Shown piece by piece: positions 18,739-36,107 of a DNA stretch of 37,710 nt. The translations under genes and the position numbers were made by a program. Under the pieces are notes generated by a model, which ran no database searches, was not told the DNA's origin, and saw nothing but the letters and a program-made list of their open reading frames with translations. The DNA comes from Candidatus Tectimicrobiota bacterium. GTDB lineage: Bacteria; JACPUC01. Where the stretch lies: assembly GCA_016192455.1 (NCBI GenBank), contig JACPUC010000011.1:186001-223710 (forward strand), in the 5' to 3' direction. Each line of letters opens with the position of its first letter. Within the stretch, counting starts at the first letter, position 1.

Positions 18739-20072
18739 TCGGAGGGTCTCACAAAGCTTGGCGCCATCCTGGCTGACCCATGACGCGGCGCCGGCACCCG
18801 GCGCTCGCCTCCGTTCGGAGCGCCGTTCGCGGCCAGCACCTTGACGAGCAGCTTGCGCATCGCGCGGGTCACCATCGTCCGATCGAAGCAGCGCAGCGCC
18901 GCCCGCCGCCCGTTTTCTCCCAGCCGCGCCCGCAGCGGCGGCTGCTCGTGGAGCCGGAGGATGGCTTGCCGCAAGGCGTCGGCATCGCCGGGTGGGACGA
19001 CAATCCCACAGTCGTGCTCTCGCGCCAGGCGGGCGAGATCGCTCGACTCCTCGACGAGGGCGATGAAGGGCCGACCGACGGCGGCGATGCCGTACACCTT
19101 GCTCGGCGCGACCATCCCATGAAGCCCGCCCCGCAGCGGGATGAGATGGAGGTCCACGGCGGACAGGCTGTAGGCGAGGTGTTCCCTGGGCTGGTAGGGC
19201 AGGAAGCGGACGTTCCGCAGACCCCAGGCCGTGGCCTTCTCCTGCAGCACCCGTTTCGACGCCCCCTCGCCGATGAAGAGGAAGAGGAGGTCCGCTTCGC
19301 GGCGCAGGGCGGCCGCGGCCTCCAGCACCGTCTCCAGCCCTTGCGCCACGCCGAGATTGCCGGAGTAGCCGACGACGAAGGCGCCTTCCGGCGCGTGCCG
19401 GGCGCGGAACCAGTTCTCTTCAGGCGCCACGGGCCTGATCGCCGCCGTGTCAACCCAGTTGTGAACCACCGTCGCCTTCGTCCTGATGGGGGCTTTCCTT
19501 GCCAGCAGCTCCAGCATGTCGTCGCTCAGCGCGACAACGTGATCGGCGCCTCGCAGGGTGGCGCGCGTGATGCGCTCGAGCGTCCAGAGGATGAAGCGGT
19601 TCTTCACCTTGCCGCTGAGGCGCGCGATGTCGGGGAAGACGTCCTGGCAACTGAAGATCATGGGACAGCGCCGCAGCCTGGCGACCAGAAGACCCAACAC
19701 CCCAAGCACCGGCGGGTCCGTCTGCGTCACGAGCAACGATGGGCGATGGAAGCAGAGCGCGCATGCGGCGGAGATGAAAAACGTGGCGAGGTTGCACAAC
19801 CGTCCGATGAAGTTCCGCTTCGCAAATCTCGTGTGCCGGCAGCGCAGGACCTCGATGTTCTTGTACCGCTCCCGACGGAAGGGGAGCATCGGCCGCCGCC
19901 GGCCATTGAGTGTGCTCGCGCCGACAAGGGGGCTTCCCGCCACGACGGTGATCGGCAGACTTCCCGAGAGGTCTTCGCAGAGCTCCGTCAAAAACTGACC
20001 GGTCGCCTCGACGTCCGGAAAGAAGGAGCGATTGAGAAACGTGACGGACCGCGTCGTAGCCCTTCTCCTCAT
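18735..20072 (-). CDS. Glycosyltransferase family 4, WbuB/WcaI-like
   Basis: FFPDVEATGQ, TDPP, QDVFPD, YSGNLGVAQG, APSKVY. Confidence 0.9.
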   Translation of the reverse strand: MRRRATTRSVTFLNRSFFPDVEATGQFLTELCEDLSGSLPITVVAGSPLVGASTLNGRRRPMLPFRRERYKNIEVLRCRHTRFAKRNFIGRLCNLATFFISAACALCFHRPSLLVTQTDPPVLGVLGLLVARLRRCPMIFSCQDVFPDIARLSGKVKNRFILWTLERITRATLRGADHVVALSDDMLELLARKAPIRTKATVVHNWVDTAAIRPVAPEENWFRARHAPEGAFVVGYSGNLGVAQGLETVLEAAAALRREADLLFLFIGEGASKRVLQEKATAWGLRNVRFLPYQPREHLAYSLSAVDLHLIPLRGGLHGMVAPSKVYGIAAVGRPFIALVEESSDLARLAREHDCGIVVPPGDADALRQAILRLHEQPPLRARLGENGRRAALRCFDRTMVTRAMRKLLVKVLAANGAPNGGERRVPAPRHGSARMAPSFVRPSE

Positions 20073-20228
20073 GCGGTTTTTTGGCAGTTCCCCATGGGCG
20101 CGCCGCCCACCCGCGAAGCGATGAAAATGGGATATGCCTGGCGGTACCGTTTACGGTACGACATCGCGCGTTCGGAGGTGCGTTCCAATCCGTCGAAGGG
20201 AAGAACCGTGGAGTGGATGAGCACCGCT

Positions 20229-20258
20229 TGTAGGGGCGGTTCGCGAACCGCCCCTACA
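20229..20258. repeat. GTAG-type REP element (perfect 30-bp palindrome)
   Basis: TGTAGGGGCGGTTCGCGAACCGCCCCTACA is its own reverse complement. Confidence 0.85.
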
Positions 20259-20296
20259 CCTCTTCACACGTGCGCGGGGTCGAACCTGCGGGGGAA

Positions 20297-20320
20297 GGGC
20301 GGGGCAAGCCCCGCCCCTAC
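20297..20320 (-). repeat. GTAG-type REP element
   Basis: The minus strand reads GTAG-GGGCGGGGC-TT-GCCCCGCCC. Confidence 0.8.
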
Positions 20321-20544
20321 GCGATGCTCCGTCTCCCTTGTGGTTCTCATCGCTTCCGCGCACCTCAGCGGTCCAGATTCAACGCCGAGGTGTACAGGTA
20401 CATTCTCGTGACAGCTCAACCACGTAGAGAGTCTTTTTTCTTGGCAGAGGTGTTTTCACCGTCAGGCGGAAGTAAGAAGGCTATCGTCAGCCACGCAGGT
20501 CTCTTTCCCCTCGCAGCCATCGATCGATGTGGAGACAAGACCAC

Positions 20545-22953
20545 TCAGATCGCCGCGCCGTTTGGGCCACCGCTGTCGGTGTAGTAGGAGCGGTAGTAGC
20601 GGTAGTAGTAGTCATAGGTGTGATGCCCAAGCCGCATGGCATTGAAGACGCAGCCCAGGATCGGCGCGTTGACCGAACGCAGTTGGGCGATGCTGTGCCG
20701 CACCGACTCCGGCGTCGCAATCCCATGCCGCGAGATGAGGAGGATGCCGTCCACCTTGGGAGCGAGCACCGCCACATCCGAGACCGGCAGCAGGGGGGGG
20801 CTGTCGATGAGCACGAGGTCATAGGCGTCGGCCAGCTCTCTCAGGATTCCCCCGCAGCTCTGCTGCGACAGAAGCTCGGAGGGGTTCGGGGGGATAAACC
20901 CCGCCGGCAGCAGGGAGAGGTTTTCGATGGAGGTGGGACGCGCCTGCGCCGCGGTCCGCTGACGATCGCCGAACGCATCCGTGAAGCCGGGCTGGCGCTC
21001 CATTCCGAAGAGGGTGTGGAGTGCGGGTCGGCGAAGGTCCAGGTCGAGAAGGAGCGTCTTCAGACCCAAGTTCGCCATCGCCACGCCGAGGTTCGCCACG
21101 GTGGTCGTCTTGCCTTCGCCGGGAAGCGAGCTGGTCACCAGGAGCGTCTTCAGCGGCCGGTTCAAGCCGGTGAAGCGGATGTTCGTGCGCAGGGATCGAT
21201 AGGCTTCCGAAATGTGCGACTTGGGATGTTTGACGAGCGCCAGCTTGTCGCTCTGTTGGGCGGCCGGCGATTTCCCGTTCAAGCTGAAGCGGGGCTTGGT
21301 GAAATCCAAGATCACGCCATAGAGGGGCAGCCGCGTCACCTGCTCGAGCTCCATCGGCGAGTGGATGGTCTGGTCGATCCATTCCAGCAGGAAGCTGAGG
21401 CCGATGCCGGCCATGAGTCCGAGCACCGCCCCCAGGAGCAGGGAGCGGGGCGCGCGGGGCTCGATCGGCATCCTGGGCGTGCGCGCGGGATTGAGGATGC
21501 GCACGTTCCCCACCGTCGAGGCCTTGACGATGCGGGCCTCCTCGTACTTGTTCAACAGGAGCGTGTAGAGGTTCTCGTTGACTTTCGCCGTGCGGGTCAG
21601 GGCGACGAGCTGCTGCTCCTTCGCCGGCAGGTTCTGCAGGTCCTCCTGGTAGCGACGCAGCACCACGCCGAGCGCCTGCTTATGGTTGCGGAGGTTGTCG
21701 AGGCTCTTGCGGACCGACGTCCGGATGCGCTCCTTCGCCGCCTCGATGCGGATGTCGACCTGACGCACCTCCAGGCTGTTCTCCCGGAAGCGTTCCAGGA
21801 GGGCGCGCTTTTCGATTTCGAGCTGCGCCAGCGTGCCGACGAGGCTTGCAATCACCGGATCGGTGAGGATGCCGCCCGAGAGGACGAAGCTCGGGTCCTT
21901 CCCTTCCGCGAGGCTGGCGAGAAGACCCTCGATTTGCGCCTCCTGCAGCTCCAGCTTGGATTTCTCCAGCTCGAAGTTCGCCACCTGGGTGACGAGGGCG
22001 TCCGCCTCGCTGCTCAACATCGCGGCATGCTCGCTGCGCTTGTAGGCGATGAGCTTGTTCTCGGCCTCTTCAAGCTTCGCGCGCAGGCTGAGGAGCTGCT
22101 CATCGAGGAATTTCTCGGTCTGCGCCGCCTCCTGCGAGCGGTACTGGATGTTCTGCAAGTGGTAGCTGCGCGCCAGCTCGTTGACGATGTCCCGCGCGAT
22201 CCGCGGCTGGTTGGACTGGGCGCGCAGATGCAGGACATTGGTGCTGCGGCCGACCTGGTCGACGATGATGCGCTCGCGCAAGTCTTCGGCCGCGTCCGTC
22301 GGATCGAGGAAACTCAGCGCCACCGGATACGCCTCGGCGCTCAGCCCCTCCTTGAGCGCGAAACTCAGGCCGGGAAGAGAGACCTCTATCCCTGGTCTGC
22401 CGATGGCGAGCCGCTGTCCCGCTTCATCCCGAACGGCGTAGGCCCCCCGCAAGCTTGGCGGCAGGGGTTCCAACAGGAGTCTCCTGCCATGCCACGGCGG
22501 CTCCGCCTTCAGGAGCACAATGCTCGGCAGTTGCGGCGGCTCGGTGCTGATGCCGGGCAGGCGGTCAAGGAAGGTTTTCAATCCCACCCGGAGCTGATCG
22601 AACGTCGTGCTCCACTCGAGGCGATAATTCAGCTTCAGTTGGTCAATCACCTGCATGGCCAAGCCGCGGCTTTTGATGATCTCCCGCTCGGCTTCATAGG
22701 CGGAGGACTGCGGCGCCAGGTCCAACCCCTCGAAGATTTGCAGCCCGCTCTCCCGCTTCTCGACGATGAGCGTGGTGGAAGCCTGGTAGACGAGGTCAGT
22801 GTTGAAGTTCATGAACGCCGCAATGAGGATCGCCGCCAGCAGGCAGGCGATGATCAACCTCGTATGAGATCGGAGGATCTTCAGGTAGTCGCGGAGGGAG
22901 GGCGCCTCCTCCGTTTCTTGGAGGTCCGCAAGGTGTTCTGGAAGTCTATCCAT
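20545..22953 (-). CDS. wzc: Polysaccharide co-polymerase / tyrosine autokinase (PCP-2a)
   Basis: Two TM segments flank a coiled-coil domain; SEAYRSLRTN, Walker A GEGKTT, A' LDLDLRRP, B VLIDSPP; Tyr cluster YDYYYRYYRSYY. Confidence 0.95.
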   Translation of the reverse strand: MDRLPEHLADLQETEEAPSLRDYLKILRSHTRLIIACLLAAILIAAFMNFNTDLVYQASTTLIVEKRESGLQIFEGLDLAPQSSAYEAEREIIKSRGLAMQVIDQLKLNYRLEWSTTFDQLRVGLKTFLDRLPGISTEPPQLPSIVLLKAEPPWHGRRLLLEPLPPSLRGAYAVRDEAGQRLAIGRPGIEVSLPGLSFALKEGLSAEAYPVALSFLDPTDAAEDLRERIIVDQVGRSTNVLHLRAQSNQPRIARDIVNELARSYHLQNIQYRSQEAAQTEKFLDEQLLSLRAKLEEAENKLIAYKRSEHAAMLSSEADALVTQVANFELEKSKLELQEAQIEGLLASLAEGKDPSFVLSGGILTDPVIASLVGTLAQLEIEKRALLERFRENSLEVRQVDIRIEAAKERIRTSVRKSLDNLRNHKQALGVVLRRYQEDLQNLPAKEQQLVALTRTAKVNENLYTLLLNKYEEARIVKASTVGNVRILNPARTPRMPIEPRAPRSLLLGAVLGLMAGIGLSFLLEWIDQTIHSPMELEQVTRLPLYGVILDFTKPRFSLNGKSPAAQQSDKLALVKHPKSHISEAYRSLRTNIRFTGLNRPLKTLLVTSSLPGEGKTTTVANLGVAMANLGLKTLLLDLDLRRPALHTLFGMERQPGFTDAFGDRQRTAAQARPTSIENLSLLPAGFIPPNPSELLSQQSCGGILRELADAYDLVLIDSPPLLPVSDVAVLAPKVDGILLISRHGIATPESVRHSIAQLRSVNAPILGCVFNAMRLGHHTYDYYYRYYRSYYTDSGGPNGAAI

Positions 22954-22998
22954 CGCTGCTCATCGAGGTTGGGGCATTAAAGTGGAATGGGAGAGACT

Positions 22999-30807
<7,809 letters not shown>

Positions 30808-31094
30808 CCCCGCAAGGATTCTGAAGAAGAGGCGCGGCGGCCGGTTGCGTCGGTGGTTTGCGCTCCGCAGGAGGGCGGAACTCTCCGGAGTAACCCAAGC
30901 TGTGGGATGAAAGGCGTCGACATCGCCATGCGGAGGAAGCGGGGAGAACCGTCGGTCATTATGGAGAATCTGTGTGGACTATTCCGTGTCTCGACGACGG
31001 GGAGAAAGATGCCGCCGATCGGCAAGAGCCAGGGGAAGGAGTTGATAGTTTGTCAGGATCTTTGCCACCACGCGCCGCCGGCTTCTCGTCTTTT

Positions 31095-32135
31095 TCATAG
31101 CTTGCCGGCGAACGTCCAATGGAATGGCTGCGCGCTGTCGCTCAAATGTTTGATGTGTTCCAAAAGCATATCAACCGCGTACGTACTTGGCTCCGCCGCG
31201 CCGCCTCTCCGCGTCTCGGTGCTGAAGATGGTGAACCAGATGGCGATGTGGTCCAACCAGGCGCTGGAGGTTGTGGTGAAGTGCAGGGTCAGACGCCGGC
31301 GGCTGCTCGCCCACTCTTGCAGCCGGCGGCGCTGGCGCTCCGTGAGTTTATCGCAGACGATGTGGAGGCGGACGCGTGGAAACTTGCGGTAAAGGCGCCT
31401 CAAGTAGGTGAGCAGGTCGCCATGCCGGCTGGCGCTGGGGGCGCCGGGCGCGTCGCCGTTCTCGTGTCCGGCGAGCGCCGCCAGCAGCGTGCTCGGTTCG
31501 ACCTGGTCAGCCGCGGCGACAAGGCGAGGAGCCTGCTCTCCCCTGACTGAGTCCTCTCTCGGCCGGCCGCTCTCGTCCGTGCCCGCCCTCGGCGCGTTCC
31601 TGTCAACCGCCAAGGCAAGGGCGTGGACCTCGCGGTTGAGATAGAAGCCAACGATCCTCGCTTGCTGGGGGCTGGGGTCGCCGTGCGGGCTCCCATTGCC
31701 GCCGCCGCCCGCCGCGGTTGCGGGCATGCCGGTGGACAAGATGCGGTAGACGCTGGCGGGACTGAGATTCGACACCGTGGCGAGCATCTGCAAGGTCCAG
31801 CGCCGGTTGCCGTCAGGCGGCGCCGAGCGGGCCAACTCAAGCACCTGCATCTTTTCCCTGGTTGAGATGCGCGCTCGCGGCCCGCGCGGCAAATCGTTCA
31901 AGCCGTCGAGGCGATGCTGTAGAAAGCGTCGCTGCCACTTCAAACTGTTGCACAAACTTAGCCCGGTATGCTGGCAAATCTCCTTCCAAGTTCGCCCCTG
32001 AGCCGCCAGGAGAATGAGCTTGGCGCGTTGCGCCAGGCGTTTTTCCTGCGTGCGCTCCGTCGCCAGGGCGGATAACCTCCGCTGCTCCTCTGGATCGAGG
32101 TTCAGTCTGGCTCGCGGTCGTCCGCGTCGCGCCAT
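31095..32135 (-). CDS. IS630-transposase-derived protein: HTH domains intact, DDE degenerate
   Basis: RAKLILLAAQG, KWQRRF...GLNDLPR, WTLQMLA...SVYRIL, IVGFYLN, AVD, HIVCD, HFTTTSSAWLDHIAIWF, PFHWT; GAGGAGG RBS; uninterrupted ORF. Confidence 0.85.
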   Translation of the reverse strand: MARRGRPRARLNLDPEEQRRLSALATERTQEKRLAQRAKLILLAAQGRTWKEICQHTGLSLCNSLKWQRRFLQHRLDGLNDLPRGPRARISTREKMQVLELARSAPPDGNRRWTLQMLATVSNLSPASVYRILSTGMPATAAGGGGNGSPHGDPSPQQARIVGFYLNREVHALALAVDRNAPRAGTDESGRPREDSVRGEQAPRLVAAADQVEPSTLLAALAGHENGDAPGAPSASRHGDLLTYLRRLYRKFPRVRLHIVCDKLTERQRRRLQEWASSRRRLTLHFTTTSSAWLDHIAIWFTIFSTETRRGGAAEPSTYAVDMLLEHIKHLSDSAQPFHWTFAGKL

Positions 32136-32421
32136 GGCAGTCCTCCTCGCATGCGTGGACCAACCTCTCGGCGTCGTAGAGCGAAAACGAAAAATAGACT
32201 CGCTACCTTACCCTCACAAAAGCTCGTTCAGTGGCAAGGTTCGGCGTCGCGGCGTGGGGGTGAAGCATGGCAATGAGCATCGCTGAGGCGGCGCGCTGAA
32301 ACTGCCCGAGGCGCGCCGGTATTCCAATCGAGGATATAGCTCCGCCCTCTGCGTTACAAAAAAGCTTTTCACCGTGTGGCATGGCGCCTTCATCATCGTT
32401 GTTGCGTTGGACTGTAGAGCG

Positions 32422-32451
32422 ACCATACCACCATAATGAGGATTCTGTCAA
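32422..32451 (-). promoter_or_regulatory. Putative sigma70 promoter for the leftward locus
   Basis: Minus strand TTGACA-18 nt-TATGGT, with TGn before the -10 and a T-tract upstream, inside an AT-rich island. Confidence 0.6.
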
Positions 32452-33196
32452 GAAAAAAATGTATGACAACGCACGATAGAGTCATAGTTGTGTTATAGGT
32501 ATAACGATAAAATAACAATATATTACTTTCGAGGTAGATAGTTCAGAAATAAAAAAATTAATGCTGGCTAGTAACTACTGTAAGTATTGGATAAATTCTC
32601 CGCGTTTGTGCTTCTTCAAAGGGGGAACGCCACCAGCCAAGGCCTCTGGCGAGCCTTGCCGGCGCGCCCGCGGCGGTCCCTGGGCGTCGTGCCGGGGGCG
32701 GCGACGGCGGCGGGGGCCGGCATTCCGCGCGGCGGGGGGGGCCCGCGCCACCCCAAGGGAGATCGTTTGCAGCAAGGGGGAGCGTGAAGGCTATGGAGAA
32801 GTCGCATCCCGCCGGGGCCCGGTCTCTTGCAGGGCGGGGCCGCGGCTACGTTGGCGGGGGGGCGTCCGGCGCCCAGCGGGAGGAGGGAGCAAGACGCGCA
32901 TGAGCCGCGGCGCTGCCAGGAATGGGCGGCAGCGCTGGGCGGGCGTTGGGGAGGAACTGCGCGGCGGAACCTTTCCCGCATCGCCGCCTCCGACGGCTTC
33001 GCCAGGGGGCGACTGGCGGGGAAGCCGACGGTCACGGGAAGGGGAGTTCTGGGTGCAACGAAGCGCGGCGGCGGGCCGGGAGCGCAGCAGCGCGTCACGC
33101 TCCCGACCGATGCCTCCGCAAGGCACGCCTCCGCCTCGGAGCGACTTCCGCCTCCGCCCAGCGGGGAGGGTAGCGGCAATAGCGGCGCGCCAAGGC

Positions 33197-34111
33197 TCAC
33201 TCTCCCGGAGCCCAACCCAACCTTTTCAAACAGCCGTACAGGCGGCGCAGCAGCTCGCATTCGTCAGCATCGAGGGCCTTGTCGTCGATGCAGGTGGAGA
33301 TCACATCCGCAAAGGCGCGCGCATGGAGGCTGCGAACTTCCTCCTGAGTCAAGCCGAGATGTTTCTTTTTCTCGACCAAGAGAGCAAGTTCCTCCTCGCT
33401 CACCTCCAGGTCGCTCAAGACCGTTTTCAGCGCTTCCCAGTACCCGTGCAGGGCATCCTGCCGTTGGCCTGGCACGGCAGCCCTGCTGACCGCGCTCACG
33501 CCGAGCGGCGCCCCGCCGCCTCCCCGGGTCTTGAACCGCGCGCCGCGCTGGAGACCAGCGGCGGCTTGCGTTCCCAGGCAATCCTCATGAAAACTCTCGA
33601 TGAACTTGTAGGCCTTGAGTTTGGCAAGGTCTCCAAAGGTCCGCAGGCGCCGGTCGGTCATCGCCCGCAGGTACACCCCCCACAGATGTGCCGCCGCCGC
33701 GTCGGCCGCCGCCTGGTGCGCCGCGGCATGCGGGATACCATGCGCCTGGCAGGCATCGTCGAGGGAGCAGCGCCCGCCGAGACCAATCATCGGGCGCAAG
33801 TACATCAGGCAGAGATGGGGCGGAGAATCGCGCAGCCCAACGCGCTGCAACTCATCTTGCAGGAAGCGGATGTCGAAGTAGACATTGTAGGCCGCCACGA
33901 CAGACTCCTGGAGAGCTTGGACAACGTTTCCGGCAATCTCCTCGAAGCGCGGCGCAGCCGCGACATCGGCGTCCGTTATCCCATGAATCTCCGTGGCCGC
34001 CATCCGCCGGCTCGGATTGACCAGGCTGTCGAGGACCATCCGCGGTTCCCTTCCCGGCTCGATGCGGATGATCGAAACCTCGACCACGCGGTCGATGCCT
34101 GGGTGCAGGCC
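33197..34111 (-). pseudogene. DEDDh 3'-5' exonuclease (DnaQ-like) with C-terminal TerB-like helical domain, 5'-truncated
   Basis: GLHPGIDRVVE, LVNP...IHGITD, AYNVYFD, AHQAAAD; the ExoI DxETT motif expected before GL is absent. Confidence 0.75.
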
Positions 34112-34311
34112 GGGCCCGCGCGCACCGCTTCCATGAGCCGCTCGAAGCCCGGACGCTGCATCGTCGTGCCCGTAAAGGTGTCGCGGTACCATCGCGCGGG
34201 ACCGTCGTTCTGCTCCGCCCAGCGCTTCAGGTCCGGCTCCTGGCTGGCGTGCTTCTGACCGGCGTTGCTGACCCTGACATAGATCGCCGCGCACCGCTGC
34301 TGGCTTGCCAT
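34112..34311 (-). pseudogene. Serine recombinase (resolvase/invertase) N-terminal fragment
   Basis: AGGAGG RBS; AAIYVRVS...Q, YRDTFTG...RPGFERLMEAVRAG. Homology stops before the expected LDRLGR motif, and the frame runs on to a stop at 33976. Confidence 0.8.
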
Positions 34312-34957
34312 GCTTGCCCTCCTTTTCGTTGATCCGGCAAGGAGCTTAGCAGGCAACTCTCCCGCTGTCATCTTTAGATGAGAACGAAGGCGTTTTCAGG
34401 AGAGCCGCCCTTTGATTTCCCAGGGCTTGCCGAGACGATGGGAGCCGATACTGACATTGAGAGGTAGGCGCGGCGTCCGAGGATGCCGGGGGCGGGAGTT
34501 GGATGGCATGCAGCGGTGGCACACCGCAGGAGGGTTTGGAAGACTCCGGCATGAGTCCGCCGAGAGGCCGAGGTTCAGGGAGCTTTCCTGGCTCCGGCCC
34601 TCGCAGCGGACCGACAAGCGTGAACTCAGCCGACCAGTGTAACGCGCCGGCCTTCCCTTCGTTGCTGAGTGCTCGGCTCCGTCTGCTTCCACCCTCACTG
34701 GAGAATGGCAGCAAACCCGCCCCTGCCTCAGCCTCCGGAGCGGCCGCATCTGGAAGCTTTGCGAGCCCAACCACGGCACGGAGCAGCAAGGCCGGAGGGT
34801 GATAGGGAGCCGCTCACATGACCTTCCGAGTCGCCTATTGAGCCAGCCCGTTAAGATCGCGCCTTCTACGCCGCGGTCGCGTTCTCACTGATGGGCTGTT
34901 AGCGAAGTGGAGACTGCTCCCTGCTCCTCTTTTGGCGGCACGCCCGATGAAAGTGTC

Positions 34958-35473
34958 TCACGTCGTCATAGGTGCGTCGACGTCGGGCGAGTGGTTCAGC
35001 AGGGACCGCACCGACAGCTCGCGGTTGAGACGGTCAACAATCTTGTCGCGGGTGGCCGGGTCCGCCGCGCCGATGGCGTTCAAGACGACAGCCTGGAAGT
35101 TCTTGTGTTCGTTCACGTCCCACATCATCTTCCAGGCCTCCACCTGGAACCTGAGCTGCGCCAGGATGGAGTCGATGACCCGCACGATGGCCGTGGCCTT
35201 CACCTTCGGGTCGCCTTCGAGCTTCTTCAGGAGCTTGTGGGCGCGCTCGTTGATGGTGAAGAGCTGCTCCATCACCGCCAGGCCCCGGTCGACGATCTTT
35301 TTCGCCCGGTTCACATCGACGGCCTGGGCGGCGGTGCGGGCGCCGAGCTTGCGCAGTCGCTCCCTGACGGAGTTCGGATGCACCCCGACCTGCTTGGCGA
35401 TCTGGTTGGCGTTCAACCCCTGTTTCCGAAAGCTCAACAGCTCTTCATCACTGAATTTTTGTGGGCTGGGCAT
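34958..35473 (-). CDS. HTH-domain protein, possibly terminase small subunit-like
   Basis: N-terminal HTH (GLNANQIAKQVGVHPNSVRERLRKL) followed by amphipathic helices; GGAGG upstream; mobile-element context. Confidence 0.6.
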   Translation of the reverse strand: MPSPQKFSDEELLSFRKQGLNANQIAKQVGVHPNSVRERLRKLGARTAAQAVDVNRAKKIVDRGLAVMEQLFTINERAHKLLKKLEGDPKVKATAIVRVIDSILAQLRFQVEAWKMMWDVNEHKNFQAVVLNAIGAADPATRDKIVDRLNRELSVRSLLNHSPDVDAPMTT

Positions 35474-35511
35474 GATGTTCTAGCGGAACCTCCATAACTA
35501 TCTATCTGATA

Positions 35512-36107
35512 CTAAGTTGCGTTCATATGGATATTAACGATGCAGTCGAACCCGGTGAGGCTGGCGATGCGCGCGGGATCGTGCTCCAAGGCGCGGAGGG
35601 CGTCGACCAAGCGATCTTCGACGGCCTGGAGACTGGGGAAGACGCGGTTGGCGAACCACTTCTCCCGCAGCTCGTCCCACAGGTGTTCGGTGGGGTTGAG
35701 TTCAGGGCTGTAGGGCGGCAGGGACACCAGGCGGACGTTTTGCGGTACGACGAGCTCCTTGGCGCGATGCCAGCCGGCGCCGTCCAGGACCATGAGGATG
35801 AACTCCTTGGCATGACGCTGGGCGACCTCCGCCAAAAAGTACGACATCGTCCCGGCGTTGACGTACGGCAAGACGAGGCTGTCGAGGACGCCGTCATGGG
35901 GGCTGAGGGCGGCAAAGGCATAGGTGTACTCCCGCACGAGCTGGCGTCCCGGTCGGGGCCGCATGCCGCGCGGCGCCCAGCGGCGCCGCGGATCGCTCAG
36001 GCGTCCGAAGGCCGCTTCGTCCTGGAACATGAGGCGCACCGGGCGTCCACGTCGCGGGGCACAGCGCCTCAGGGTGCTGGCGACGAGCCTGGCGAGGTTT
36101 TTTTAAA
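35512..36107 (-). CDS. IS630 transposase OrfB (DDE domain), reached by -1 frameshift
   Basis: FQDEA, VLDGAGWH, PPYSPELNPTE; the -1 frame is open from TTTAAAAAAAC (36097-36107); the TAG stop lies in the inverted repeat. Confidence 0.88.

Noticed and set aside
14639-22980. Long plus-strand ORFs (14639-16864, 16453-18783, 18780-20411, 20527-22980)
   Set aside because: They are antisense shadows of clearly identifiable minus-strand genes in high-GC DNA and have no motifs.
32195-32215. ops/JUMPstart-like AAGGTAGCGAG in the leader (also AGCGGTAGGCG near 16565)
   Set aside because: Both are only partial matches to GGCGGTAG and would be expected by chance.
32561-34258. 565-aa plus-strand ORF
   Set aside because: It is Arg/Gly/Pro-rich with no motifs and lies antisense to the exonuclease and resolvase remnants.
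34346-34900. Overlapping short ORFs between the resolvase fragment and the HTH gene
   Set aside because: None has a convincing RBS, motif or protein-like composition, so the region is left unannotated.
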